From Macrostomum lignano (taxonomy: Eukaryota), in the NCBI GenBank assembly GCA_002269645.1, contig NIVC01002378.1, positions 1-64,000 on the forward strand: a DNA stretch of 64,000 nucleotides. The letters are read 5' to 3'. The notes beneath the pieces are model-generated. The model saw only the letters and a list, made by a program, of their open reading frames with translations, searched no databases and was not told the DNA's origin. Positions 1 through 12,109 of the stretch are shown here, in pieces. Position 1 is the stretch's first letter, and each line of letters begins with the position of its first letter. The position numbers and the translations under genes are program-made.

Positions 1-1599
1 TCTAACTGAATCTCCTGCGCGCACATTGAAACAAAAACGGAGTGGAGTGGGCGTTCTAGGGACTGGCCCGTTCTATAAAGCCATCGTAAGATGAGATCGT
101 TCTTAGCTCCCATCTCCGTAGTGTAAAAGTTCCGACGTACGATCGAACTTACGCTACGACTGCTTTAATAAGTACGACCCCTAGTCTATTATAGCCTAGC
201 TAATTTCCGTTCCCTCTTCTCTCATTGGCTGGCCGTGGCTGACTAACTGTAAAATCTCTTTACCCTTGAACACCACCCCACTCCGCCGTTGGTTTTAATG
301 TACATGCAGTTGTTAGTCAGTCCATACCCTCATTTTCTTGCCCAGCTAATTCTCCATTGGCCGGCGTGCAAGCCGGTTGAGAATTGAAACTTCTCTACCC
401 TTGAACCTTCACACCCCCTCAGGCTGTGCAGCTGCGCATAACCGTAGCCGAGATTCGCCATGACGGTCGCCTAGCTAGCATTGGTCACGTGATTATTGGC
501 TCGCAGACTGGCGGAACGGAGCTAACTCACTGGCAGCAGATGGTCACTTCGCTGCGCAAGCCAGTGGCCATGTGGCATCATCTGCGCAAGAAGTGAAGAT
601 CCCTAGTATGAAGACGACTGGTAGCTATGCAAGATTATACGCTCGACCGATTTTGATAGCACTCTGAGCAGACCTGAAGAATATTAAGGAATCTAAGAGC
701 AAGATTAAATGTCAGAAACGTGAAGCAACTATAGTAAGAGTACAAGAACGAGCTGTGAACAATTTTGTCAGAACATTAGTCGTGTTTCCTGAAAAAATTG
801 TCGTTACATATATTTCGTAACACTATAAGATAACTCTTGATATGCTTCTGTGTTCTTTCTATGCCAGTAGTGACGCTTATTTTTGTTTCTTGTGAGCACA
901 AAATCCAATGAGCTTGCGAAAACGATAACAGGAAGAGTGACAACTTCTAATTACGAATTTGTGAAGCCCAGCTAACCTAAATTAGTCTTAATTATTTTTA
1001 TCATAGTTCCGAAAATCCCGTTGTTTTTTTTGTTTCTTAGAATATGGCAGATAGAATTTTTTAATTCGCTTTCCAGAATATCAATGATGCATATTTTGTT
1101 TTATATTGGATCTATAGTTATACTACACTCTACTAAACTATTTTCTAGTTTTGTTAAACTTGTCCTTGTGTTTGTTAATCTGTTAATCTATTTATCAATG
1201 CATTCATCCACATCTACCTGTTTAAGTCTGTGTTCGTGTGCATTTATATTTATACTCATAGAATATTATATAATTTATTCGGCGTTTATTATATTTTAAC
1301 ATATCCCTATAATGTAGGAACTAGAAAATCGATATATTTATATATATACTCTATTCAGATGTTCAGATGTCGTGCTTCAAATTACGGACACGTGCACTTG
1401 TGTTTCGATCAAAGTTTAAAAAACAGAGCGTCATTGTCATACATGCGTTTAAGTGTTCAAAACAGCAAATATAAACTTTCGATTGTGTGGTGTCAAATCG
1501 TGGCCTTTTCTGCTTTTAGAATCATTTCATTACAGTCGTGTGTACCGCACTAGGTGTGGGATGGGTTAGGGCTGAGTTATTGAAATCATTAGTGTAACA
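1..1599. mobile_element. LTR-like remnant(s), boundaries unresolved
   Basis: No credible ORF. Several ATTGG boxes, a diverged internal duplication (about 195-290 vs 345-420) and LTR-like termini (GTTACA about 808, GTAACA about 822, TGTAACA 1599). No TSD or PBS could be confirmed. Confidence 0.3.
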
Positions 1600-1674
1600 A
1601 TATATCCATAGGAATAAAAAAAAACTATCTACGAGCGATACCAGATACCAGAGTGCTTCGTTTTGTTACACATA

Positions 1675-2180
1675 GTGACGCTGTGCTGCGCTGGCGGGAC
1701 GCGCTGTGCTTGGGGGGTTGGGGTGACGCTGTGCTTGGGAGGGTTGGGGTGACGCTGTGCTTGGAGGGTTGGGGTGACGCTGTGCTTGGGGGTTGGGGTG
1801 ACGCTGTGGTTGGGGGGGGGTTGGGGTGACGTTGTGCTTGGGGAGTTGGGGTGACGCTGTGCTTGGGGGGGGGTTGGGGTGACGCTGGGCTTGGGAGGGT
1901 TGTGGGTGACGCTGTGGTTGGGGGGGGGTTGGGGTGACGCTGTGCTTGGGGGAGGGGTTGGGGTGACGCTGTGCTTGGGGGGTGACGCCGTTCTTGGGGG
2001 TTGGGGTGACGCTGTGCTTGAGGAGGGGGGGGTTGGGGTGACGCTGTGCTTGGGGGTTGGGGGTGACGCTGTGCTTGGGGGTTGGGGGTGACGCTGTGCT
2101 TGGGGTTGTTGGGTGACGCTGTGGTTGGGGGGGGGGTGACGCTGTGCTTGGGGGGGGGTGGGAGGTGACGCTGTGCTTGG
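1675..2180. repeat. G-rich minisatellite, unit about 24-29 bp (GTGACGCTGTGCTT-Gn-TT-Gn)
   Basis: Directly visible tandem units with variable G-run lengths. Confidence 0.95.
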
Positions 2181-2719
2181 GGGGAGCCTGTACTGGGGGT
2201 GCTTCTGTGATGGAGGGATGACATTGTGCTGTGAAGGGGCGAAACTGTGCTGTTAATGCAATTTGAAAGCATCAATTCGCTTCATTTTTCATTTCACATG
2301 GAATTATGAGTAAGTACTAAACCCATACTAAAGGAAAAATTAAATAAACTGAACAATCAAAAGGTTGTATCGCAGATCGGAGTGTTTCGGGTAATTTTGC
2401 TAAATAAGCAATGACAGACGGGCTCATCAATCAATCAATTAAAACTAAAGGAAAACAAAAATTGATATAAAGACAGCGCACACGCACACACAGTAAGCGG
2501 TTTATTTTGTTAACAAATACGATACAACTGTTGTTACTTATTGTATGCAGCTTGAAGTTGAATCATCAATTAAATTAATCTGATAGACAGTAAGTCTGAC
2601 GTGTCTGGAAACTAATAGCAGCAAAATGGCTTTACAGAACTGATAAAACGCTGCAGTATTGTATTAATTAGACGCAATAATTGGGACTTTCAGTAGCAGG
2701 GGTAAATATTTTCAGTCTT

Positions 2720-4020
2720 ACCAGATTATTGACAACCGGAAGTTATCAACTATCAGATTATCGATAACCGGAAGCTATCAACTATCAGAGTATTGACAAC
2801 CGGAAGTTATCAACAATCAGATTATCGATAACCGGAAGCTATCAACTATCAGAGTATTGACAACCGGAAGTTATCAACTATCAGATTATCGATAACCGGA
2901 AGCTATCAACTATCAGAGTATTGACAACCGGAAGTTATCAACTATCAGATTATCGATAACCGGAAGCTATCAACTATCAGAGTATTGACAACCGGAAGTT
3001 ATCAACTATCAGATTATCGATAACCGGAAGCTATCAACTATCAGAGTATTGACAACCGGAAGTTATCAACTATCAGATTATCGATAACCGGAAGCTATCA
3101 ACTATCAGAGTATTGACAACCGGAAGTTATCAACTATCAGATTATCGATAACCGGAAGCTATCAACTATCAGAGTATTGACAACCGGAAGTTATCAACAA
3201 TCAGATTATCGATAACCGGAAGCTATCAACTATCAGAGTATTGACAACCGGAAGTTATCAACTATCAGATTATCGATAACCGGAAGCTATCAACTATCAG
3301 AGTATTGACAATCGGAAGCTATTAACTACCAGTGACAATCGGAAGTTATCAACTACCATACAGTTACAACCGGAAGCTATTAACTATCAGACAGTAACAA
3401 CCGGAAGCTATTGGCTACCAGACAGTGAAAACCGGAAGCTATTGACTACCAGACAGTGACAACCAGAAGCTATTAACTATCGGACAGTGAAAACCGGAAG
3501 CTATTGACTACCAGACAGTGACAACTATAAGCCATTAACTATCAGACAGTGACAACCGGAAGTTATAACGTCCCAGATTATTGGCAACCGGAAGCTATCA
3601 ACTAAGCTATCAAATATCAGAGTATTGACAACTGGAAGCTATCAACTATCAGATTATACGCTCGTACACAACCGGAAGCTATTAACTACCATACAGTTAC
3701 AACCGGAAGCTATTGACTTCCAGCCAGTGACAACCGGAAGTTATCGTTATCACCCGATTTGATGACTCATCAGATTATTGACAACCGGAAGCTATTAACT
3801 ACCAGACAGTGACCGGAAGTTATCACCTAGCAGATTATTGACAACCGGAAGTTATCACCTACCAGATTATTGACAACCGGAAGTTATCACCTACCAGATT
3901 ATTGAAAACCGGAAGTTATCACCTACCAGATTATTGACAACCGGAAGTTATCACCTACCAGATTATTGACAACCGGAAGTTATCACCTACCAGATTATTG
4001 ACAAACGGAAGCTATCAATC
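2720..4020. repeat. 32-bp satellite with 64-bp A/B higher-order repeat, degenerating distally
   Basis: Alternating GATTATCGATAACCGGAAGCTATCAACTATCA and GAGTATTGACAACCGGAAGTTATCAACTATCA. Period 32 measured at 2724 and 2756. Confidence 0.95.
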
Positions 4021-4869
4021 CCAATCTATAGACAAAGGTAATAGAAAGCCAGTGAACTGTTGATCACGTTAAGGTTGAGTCCTACAACTTAGTGAGTGAA
4101 TAAACAAATATCTGATACTGCAGATCAATGTTGACAAGCAGTAAAAAAACAAGCAAAGAAACATAAAAAAGCAGAGTTCATCAACTCAACAGGAGATGAT
4201 GGAAGTTAAAAAAAACACGATATCATGGAACAACATCGTTATCGTTTGTTTAAAAAAAGAAGCGGACAGAATCGAAAATTTGAAGCAACAGAAAATCAAC
4301 AGCAGCGGAAAATTAAGTAATTCTTTATTTTATTCTAATATTATATGATTTTTACGCAATATATATATATATATATATCGTAATGCATTATTTCTAAATC
4401 GGTGCAAACACAACACAGTGAGATTAGCGGTATATAAAAACAAAAAATGGTGTGCATTTTACAATCAGATCGACACCTATTAATAGAGAAAAACGAGATA
4501 ACTAATAAATAGGACTAAAAAATGAAAACAGCTAAATGAACTGACGTAAATCAAGAGACAGACAAATTTTTATTAAGTCAATTTCAATGTCTTGCAAGCA
4601 ACAAGCCTAGAGATGAGCAACTGTCCATCAATGAGTCATTATTGATAGTACCAGTCACGAAACAGTAACAATATCAGACAGAGCAAAGGGACTCAAAAAA
4701 AGTTTTTTATTCATGGTAAGGGAGCCTACTGATAAGAGAAATATATAAGGAGGCTGGGGTGGGGAGATGAAGATTGACGGTGATATGGAGGGTGAGAAGG
4801 TTGTGCTGGACCTGGAGGCAGGGTGAGATAGTAGGGTGAGAGGAAGGGAACGTGAAATAAGAGATGCGA

Positions 4870-5500
4870 TGGGAGTGTGACATGGAGGGTGAGATGGAGG
4901 GTGAGATGAAGGGTGAGATAGTTAGTCATGGGTGAGATGGGGGCAGGATGAAATTTAGGTGAGATGGAAGGAGGATGAGATCGAGGGTGAGATGGAGGGT
5001 GAGATGGAAGGAGAGTGAGATAGAGGGTGAGATGGAAGGAGAGTGAGATAGAGGGTGAGATGGAAGGAGAGTGAGATAGAGGGTGAGATGGAAGGAGAGT
5101 GAGATAGAGGGTGAGATGGAAGGAGAGTGAGATAGAGGGTGAGATGGAAGGAGAGTGAGATAGAGGGTGAGATGGAAGGAGGGTGAGATAGAGGGTGAGA
5201 TGGAAGGAGAGTGAGATAGAGGGTGAGATGGAAGGAGAGTGAGATAGAGGGTGAGATGGAAGGAGAGTGAGATAGAGGGTGAGATGGAAGGAGGGTGAGA
5301 TAGAGGGTGAGATGGGGGCAGGGTGAGATGGAGGGTGAGATGGAAGGAGGATGAGATCGAGGGTGAGATGGAAGGAGGGTGAGATAGAGGGTGAGATGGG
5401 GGCAGGGTGAGATGGAGGGTGAGGTGGAAGGAGAGTGAGATAGAGGGCGAGATGGAAGGAGGGTGGATGGGGGTAGGGTGAAATGGAGGGTGAGATGGAG
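4870..5500. repeat. Purine-rich 28-bp minisatellite (GAGGGTGAGATGGAAGGAGAGTGAGATA) downstream of the ZSWIM8 stop
   Basis: Direct tandem repeats. Confidence 0.95.
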
Positions 5501-5787
5501 AAGGTAAAACGCGGAGGGTTGAGACTACGGAAGAATGAGAGAAAGAGATGGATAGAGATGGGTGCATCAGGAAGGAATTAGCAGAGAAACTAGCTAGCAG
5601 TATTGCAAACCAGTGAGCAAACTTCTCAGCCAATGCGCAACAACCAGATGTTTATATAGGTGAAAAAAGCAGAATTTCAATTCGACGTGACAACCAACAA
5701 GCGGAGAGTATTAATGAAGTTTAAGCGGCCCACAAATGACGCACTTATAATCATGGTGACTAGAATGTGACTGAGCGGGCCAGAGAG

Positions 5788-6013
5788 TCACTGCAGGTGA
5801 ATAGTCTGTACACCAGCCATGATTCGATTCCACAGGTCCTTCTTGCATTTCGGATGATTTTTAATGCTAGTTAGCAACTGCTGCCACTGCTGATTGGGAT
5901 CGATTGGCGGGAAGTCTTCTTTAGCCCGATGGGCGCGCAGGATGTAGGAGACCAGATCGTCCCATTCGTTGGTGGTCAGGTGGTTTAGCCGGTAATCGAT
6001 GTACGAGTGGTAT
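5788..6013 (-). CDS. ZSWIM8: ZSWIM8 last coding exon (exon 11)
   Basis: Acceptor ...CCTGTTGCAG. Phase-consistent translation YHSYIDYRLNHLTTNEWDDLVSYILRAHRA...CKKDLWNRIMAGVQTIHLQ-stop resembles the recalled ZSWIM8 C-terminus (YIHHRLIHLTPADYDDFV...ELWQRV). Confidence 0.88.
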
Positions 6014-6054
6014 CTGCAACAGGCGGGGGAGTGACAGAGTGTTCTTTATGCGAT

Positions 6055-6710
6055 GGCGTTTGACGGCGATTCTGAGTGGGCTTGAGGGCGATTCTGAGTG
6101 GGCTTGAGGGCGATTCTGAATGGGCTTGAGGGCGATTCTGAATGGGGTTTGAGGGCGATTCTGGATGGGGTTTGAGAGCGATTCTGGATGGGTTTGAGGG
6201 CGATTCTGAATGGGTTTGAGGGCGATTCTGGATGGGGTTTGAGGGCGATTCTGGGTGGGGTTTGAGGGCGATTCTGAATGGGTTTGAGGGCGATTCTGGA
6301 TGGGGTTTGAGGGCGATTCTGGATGGGGTTTGAGGGCGATTCTGAATGGGGCTTGAAGGCGATTCTGGATGGGGTTTGAAGGCGATTCTGAATGGGTTTG
6401 AGGGCGATTCTGAATGGGGCTTAAAGGCGATTCTGGGTGGGTTTGAGGGCGATTCTGGGTGGGGTTTGAGGACGATTCTGGGTGGGGTTTGAGGACGATT
6501 CTGGGTGGGTTTGAGGGCGATTCTGGGTGGGGTTTGAGGGCGATTCTGGGTGGGGTTTGAGGGCGATTCTGAATGGGGTCGAGGGCGATTCTGGATGGGG
6601 TTTGAGGGCGATTCTGGGTGGGGTTTGAGGGCGATTCTGGGTGGGGTTTGAGGGCGATTCTGAATGGGGTTTGAGGACGATTCTGGATGGGGTCGAGGGC
6701 GATTCTCAAT
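6055..6710. repeat. 22-23-bp minisatellite (GGGCGATTCTGAATGGGGTTTGA) in ZSWIM8 intron 10
   Basis: Direct tandem repeats; source of the spurious repetitive ORFs. Confidence 0.95.
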
Positions 6711-6726
6711 GCAATCAGCCACTTAC

Positions 6727-7682
6727 AGCTTGTGCAGCCGGTTAGTCAGCTTCACAATCTCAGACTGAGTAGAATGAGACGCCGGAGACGCTTGGGAATA
6801 AAGCGACACCTGGCGAATAATCTGCTCGAGCACGTCCGGCTTGTGGATGCAGCCAAGCACCAGGGTGCAATAATCCACTACAGCTTTATAGTCTAACCGC
6901 ACAGCCACAGACAGGGCCCATTGCACCTCGCCGCCGTATTGATTGTTAGGCCCGAATCTGGAGTTATCCCGACTGCTACTACTGAACAATTGCGCATCGT
7001 TTCGACTAGTTGGCGGCTGATAGAATGCTTTCATTGCGCGCAGGGCGCAGTTGAATGCATTCTCTAAATATTGGCGAGTCTTGGTTGAAGCTTGCGGAGG
7101 TGTTGGTTGCTGCTGCTGCTGCTGTTGTTGTTGCTGTTGGTGAGTAGCGAAACGAGCTACAACCTGATGATGCTGCTGCTGTTGGTAATGCTGATGCTGC
7201 TGATGGTGATGACCGTGCGGAGATGGCACGAAAGGGCCAATGAGACCTGCAGGAGTCCAGTGCTGCTGCTGCTGTTGCGACTGACTCGAAGTCTGAGGCG
7301 GCGGCGGTGGCGGCGGCGTATTGGCGTAAAAGTGCGGCGGCGGCGGCGGCGGACGGGCAGGAGAATAGAACGCAGGCGGGGGCGGCGGATGGGAAGTCAT
7401 GTGACCGAAGTGTGAAGCCGGGTAGCAACCAGGAGGCGGCGGGTAGAGAGGGCCGGGCATTGGAGCGAACTGCGCCGCAGACTGAGGCGGAAGCGGCTGC
7501 GGAGGCTGCTGCGGAGGCGCCTGCGGAGGCGGCCAAAAGACGGAGGCGGCAGCGGCCGCTTGCGAAGTGATGATTGGAGCATCTGGCGGCATCCGAGCCG
7601 CTGACGGAACAGTCGATCGTTGAACTGGCTGGCTGGCCGGCGGCGCGGAGGACTCGTACAGTTCGTACCACTGCTTGGCGAC
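6727..7682 (-). CDS. ZSWIM8: ZSWIM8 exon 10 (Pro/Gln-rich region plus conserved C-terminal helices)
   Basis: Acceptor CACCCAG, then VAKQWYELYE (human VAHQWFWLYE) ...QYLENAF...YGGEVQWALSVAVRL. Donor CT|GTAAGT. Phases consistent. Confidence 0.9.
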
Positions 7683-7759
7683 CTGGGTGAGGGAGTAGGA
7701 GCGGCATTATCTTGGGTATAGTCTGCTGCTACTAGGGGAACCGAGTGTGACGATGGGTC

Positions 7760-8170
7760 TGATGTGACAATATAGTCCTTCAGGGTGACAATATAGTCCT
7801 TCAAGGTGACAATATGGTCCTTCAGGGTGACAATATGGTCCTTCAGGGTGACGATAAGGTCCTTCAGAGCGACAATAAGGTCCTTCAGGGTGACAATATA
7901 GTCCTTCAGGGTGACGATAAGGTCCTTCAGAGCGACAATAAGGTCCTTCAGGGTGACAATATAGTCCTTCAGGGTGACAATATGGTCCTTCAGGGTGACA
8001 ATATAGTCCTTCAGGGTGACAACTGACAATATGGTCCTTCAGGACGACAACAAGGTCCTTCAGGGCGACAATAAGGTCCTTCAGGGCGACAATATGGTCC
8101 TTCAGGGTGACAATATGCTCGTTCAAGGAGACTAAATGGTCCTTCAGGGCGCCGATATAAGCCTTCAGGG
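7760..8170. repeat. 21-bp minisatellite (CCTTCAGGGTGACAATATAGT) in ZSWIM8 intron 9
   Basis: Direct tandem repeats. Confidence 0.95.
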
Positions 8171-8256
8171 GTGTCAATGTAGGTCTCTTGGTAGTGAAAA
8201 CACAATTAAAATTAGATTAAATCTATTATAAACACAATGTTGAAGACAAGTCAGAC

Positions 8257-8480
8257 CTGGAACAGCACAGTAGGATGCACTCCGCCTGCCATTTTCTTAG
8301 CGGACGCGTCAACCGCGTAGAGTCCCTTCTCCAGCACCTCCAGACTCTGATCCTTGCACTGGTCTAGGCAGCGGCGGATCTCCTGCGGATTTAGCGTGTG
8401 CGCCTCGTGCAGACAGTCGAGGCACAGTTGGGCGGCCACCGCGCAGATGCCCTGGTCCCGGTTGCGGGCCACCTTGTCGG
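8257..8480 (-). CDS. ZSWIM8: ZSWIM8 exon 9
   Basis: ADKVARNRDQGICAVAAQLCLDCLHEAHTLNPQEIRRCLDQCK matches recalled ADRASRARD...LSCLPHAHALNPNEIQRALVQCK. AG and GT boundaries in phase. Confidence 0.92.
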
Positions 8481-8646
8481 CTGGATGAGATGACGAATAT
8501 TGACGATGAGATGACAAACGTGCTAGTAATGGAATTTACATGTATTTGATTACACCTGCCCTAATTAGTCCAGATGTGCAACCGACAGCTCAGCCGCAGC
8601 TATTGCGCGGCGCATCTGAAGGCTGCGTACGGCTATTCAGTCCAAG

Positions 8647-8818
8647 GACTGGGGGGTCGCCACACTCACCCTCAATTACCCCAGTAATGCTGGCACCCAT
8701 TTTACAGCTGGGTGAACTGAAGCAATGCTTAAGGACACAATTTTTTCCGAGTGGGTCGGGAATCGAACCCCCGACCTTTCAGTCGTGCTTGACGCGTTAA
8801 CCACTAGGCTTCAACCCC
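8647..8818 (-). mobile_element. tRNA-derived SINE with CORE-like domain, copy 1 (ZSWIM8 intron 8)
   Basis: Minus strand has an A-box-like AAGCCTAGTGG, B box GGTTCGATTCC, then TGTGTCCTT...CCCAGCTGTAAAATGGG. Near-identical family copy at 31768-31965. Confidence 0.8.
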
Positions 8819-9130
8819 CATAGGTTAGGAATGATTTTAAAGTCTGGTGGCGATCTTCTAAGGTTAGGGAAGAATACTACCAAGAGCTTAGTGGCGATTT
8901 TCATGAGCTCAGGGGCGATACTCATGATATAAGGGCGAGTCTCAAAGCCTTAGAGGTGACTCAAGCTTAGTGGCAGTTCTTTTATCATTATCTTTTAACG
9001 ATTATCATAGTTTTCAGTTCAATATTGTGAATTTCATGATTTAGAATTGTCAAAACACAGTTCGTACATACATATAGATTATCTAAGGACAATATGTACT
9101 TGTAAAACGCTAGAAGAAAGTGAAACTAAC

Positions 9131-9605
9131 CAATAACGGCCACCTCAGGCGGTGTCAGGTGCTGTCTCCAGGTGACAAGCAGTATTGATAGAGCAGCTGT
9201 GCCAACTTCAGTCACCACATTCTGTATCCAGCTGACATGAGAAGAATAGGTCCTACTCTGCCAGGTGCTGTTAACGCAGTTGTACAGGCCCAGGGCGTAC
9301 AGTCCGACCTGAAAGGCGGCCAACTGCAGGTAGCGATGCGGCCCATTGTTGCCCCAGTCGGGTCCTGCTGGAACACTGGCGCTGATGCAGCGCTGCCGCC
9401 GGCTTTGTGCTGCAAAGTTTTCGCCAATTCGAACATGTGATGCGCCAGCGCCTCCGTTGGCTTGTTGGACTCGGCCGCGGCGGCTACCGCGGCTGCGACT
9501 GCCGACGCTGACGTGAGCTGAGCTGACGGCGGCAACTGGCCGACAGTGTAGGGAGAGGACGACTTGGGAACTGGCGGCTGCGGCGGCGGCTGCTGATACT
9601 GGGGC
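9131..9605 (-). CDS. ZSWIM8: ZSWIM8 exon 8 (1-nt frameshift at about 9352-9355 as assembled)
   Basis: FELAKTLQHKAGG in one frame, then GPHRYLQLAAFQVGLYALGL...SRTYSSHVSWI...HLTPPEVA in the next. Exon length is 1 nt short of the flanking intron phases. Confidence 0.92.
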
Positions 9606-9782
9606 CTGTGGCATTTTGATGAATTGAATTTTTGTACCATTTATACTACTAACTCCAAGTAGCTTGACAGTAACAATGTATCTAATTCTTGTTCTTGCAA
9701 TGATGGCCGATGGGGAATTACTTGTAAAAAGCTTCAGTCAACAGTGTTTGTTTAATAACTTATTCAAATTCGCTATTCTAAA

Positions 9783-9790
9783 GATAGATT

Positions 9791-9847
<57 letters not shown>

Positions 9848-9849
9848 GC

Positions 9850-9890
<41 letters not shown>
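9783..9890. repeat. Compound microsatellite (GATA)n(GACA)n in ZSWIM8 intron 7
   Basis: Directly visible. Confidence 0.97.
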
Positions 9891-9892
<2 letters not shown>

Positions 9893-9945
9893 TAAAGCTG
9901 TCGATAAAGATAACTATAGAAGTAAACACTGCCTAATAATAATAC

Positions 9946-10289
9946 CTGTTGTTAGTTGCCCGAAGCTGCCCGCTGCCATATTGATGCTTCTGCTGTTGCT
10001 GCTGCTGCTGGGCCTGCTGCTGCGACTGCTGCTGAGTCTGACGCAACGACAAGCTGTCAGAATCGGAGCTCTGACAATCCGAGTCAACGCGCTGCACAGT
10101 CTTGTGTTGTTGCTGCTGCTGCTGCTGCGGCTGCCTGCCGCCTACAGCTCCACCGCTAGTCGTGCATCTCCTATGCATAGTCGGACTATTATCCGACGAA
10201 GTGGTCTCCGGGGCGGAGCTGTCCAGTGTGCAGCGGCCGCGCGGCGGCACCGTGGCTTTGAAACGCATGCAGCGCAGCTTTGTGTCCAT
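9946..10289 (-). CDS. ZSWIM8: ZSWIM8 exon 7 (low complexity, polyQ)
   Basis: Strong acceptor CTCTCTGCTCATTCCAG, open frame MDTKLRCMRFK...ATNN, donor AG|GTATT. Phase fits neighbouring exons. Confidence 0.75.
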
Positions 10290-10334
10290 CTGGAATGAGC
10301 AGAGAGTTGCGCGATTTGCTTTGTCAGAAGCTTC

Positions 10335-11075
10335 GTCACTCCCTCCGTCCTCTCCCTTCACCCACTCTGCCCTCGCCCGTCACTCCCTCCGTCCTCTCCC
10401 TTCACCCACTCTGCCCTCGCCCGTCACTCCCTCCGTCCTCTCCCTTCACCCACTCTGCCCTCGCCCGTCACTCCCTCTGTCCTCTCCCTTCACCCACTCT
10501 GCCATCGCCCGTCACTCCCTCCGTCCTCTCCCTTCACCCACTCTGCCCTCGCCCGTCACTCCCTCCGTCCTCTCCCTTCACCCACTCTGCCCTCGCCCGT
10601 CACTCCCTCTGTCCTCTCCCTTCACCCACTCTGCCCTCGCCCGTCACTCCCTCTGTCCTCTCCCTTCACCCACTCTGCCCTCGCCCGTCACTCCCTCTGT
10701 CCTCTCCCTTCACCCACTCTGCCCTCGCCCGTCACTCCCTCCGTCCTCTCCCTTCACCCACTCTGCCCTCGCCCGTCACTCCCTCCGTCCTCTCCCTTCA
10801 CCCACTCTGCCCTCGCCCGTCACTCCCTCCGTCCTCTCCCTTCACCCACTCTGCCCTCGCCCGTCACTCACTCTGTCCTCTCCCGTCACTCCCTCTGTCC
10901 TCTCCCGTCACTCCCTCTGCCCTCGCCCGTCACTCACTCTGTCCTCTCCCGTCACTCACTCTGTCCTCTCCCGACACTCCCTCTGTCCTCTCCCGTCACT
11001 CCCTCTGTCCTCTCCCGTCACTCCCTCTGCCCTCGCCCGTCACTCACTCTGTCCTCTCCCGTCACTCTCTCCTAT
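10335..11075. repeat. Pyrimidine-rich 44-bp minisatellite in ZSWIM8 intron 6
   Basis: Unit CACTCCCTCCGTCCTCTCCCTTCACCCACTCTGCCCTCGCCCGT. Period 44 (10337 and 10381). Confidence 0.95.
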
Positions 11076-11168
11076 CCTCTCCCATCACTTCTTCTGTACC
11101 TCTTCCCTCTTCCGTAACATCTTTTTTCCATTTCCAATCCTCTCTCTCTATCAACGCCCATCACTCGC

Positions 11169-11910
11169 CTCTGAATCGTCGTCCAGAGCGCTGCTGCTGT
11201 CAGCTCCCTCATCAGCAGCCTGGCCTGCACTGCTGCTATTGACTGAGCGCCGATAATACGAAGCAGCCGCGGCAGAGCCGGCAGACGAAGTCACCAAAGT
11301 CGAAGCCGCGTCGACAGGTCCGGCAGACGCGGACGAAGCAGCCGCCTGACCGCCGGGTTCAACAGAAGACGACGCCGTCTGAGCCGCAGCAGCCGCTGCC
11401 GCAGCTTGTTGCTGCTGCTGTTGTTGCTGCTGCTGCTGCTGCTGCAACTGATATTGCAACAACTGTTGCTGTTGCAATTGCTGCTGCTGTTGCTGCTGCT
11501 GGTCCCTTTCAGCCCAGGCGAGCAGCTGCGAATGCGAACAGCTCAGGCACATATTGAGCGGCGGCGCCCGAAAATTTGGATTCACCGACCTGTCTAATAG
11601 CCGGTCAAGGACGTCGGACAATCGGCCGAGATCGTCCTTGTAGGCGCAGATTAGCATAGTGGCCAGATCGTCTTTCTGTCTGCGCTGGCCTTCAACCAGC
11701 AGCGGGTGCTCGTGCTCGGACACTCTTGGCCGCATGGACAGGGCGGCCAGTGCGGTGCGGAAGCCCAGCTGTTCGTCATCGGACGGGCCATAGCGCAACA
11801 CCTCGAAGATGTACTGAGCCAGCACGATGGGCAAGGTGGTGCGCGGCTCCGGCTTGGTGACGCCAGTAGCCAAGTCGATGATAGAGCGGGCTCTGGCGCG
11901 GAGAGATTCC
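11169..11910 (-). CDS. ZSWIM8: ZSWIM8 exon 6
   Basis: Acceptor GCACAG, then RESLRARARSIIDLATG...LPIVLAQYIFEVL...RPRVSEHEHPLLVEGQRRQKDDLA. The lower boundary assumes a GC donor (AG|GCGAGT). Confidence 0.85.
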
Positions 11911-12109
11911 CTGTGCGCGAAATTTTAAAGCCATTTTAGATTAGTAGATAAGATTACCAGATATAGCATATTGTTATTATGCAGTCCTAACTATCAACAA
12001 TCGTCAGTAGGTAACCCAGCATAGGGCGGATATGAAATAGATGAACGATGGTGGGAAGACAGAGATGAAAATATGGGCATTGGAATAAGATGAGAGGACG
12101 GATATGAGA

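Noticed and set aside
1625-8205. Long repetitive ORFs (1625-2275, 4926-5633, 5921-6722, 7397-8205)
   Set aside because: They are translations of tandem repeats in introns or flanks, open in several frames and both strands, with no domain signal.
8740-8818. tRNA gene (also 31890-31965 and a B-box-like GGTTCGAATC near 45495)
   Set aside because: There is no complete cloverleaf, and the first two continue directly into a shared SINE body.
9345-9365. Programmed ribosomal frameshift in ZSWIM8
   Set aside because: There is no canonical slippery heptamer. The same 1-G loss in IGBP1 favours a sequencing indel.
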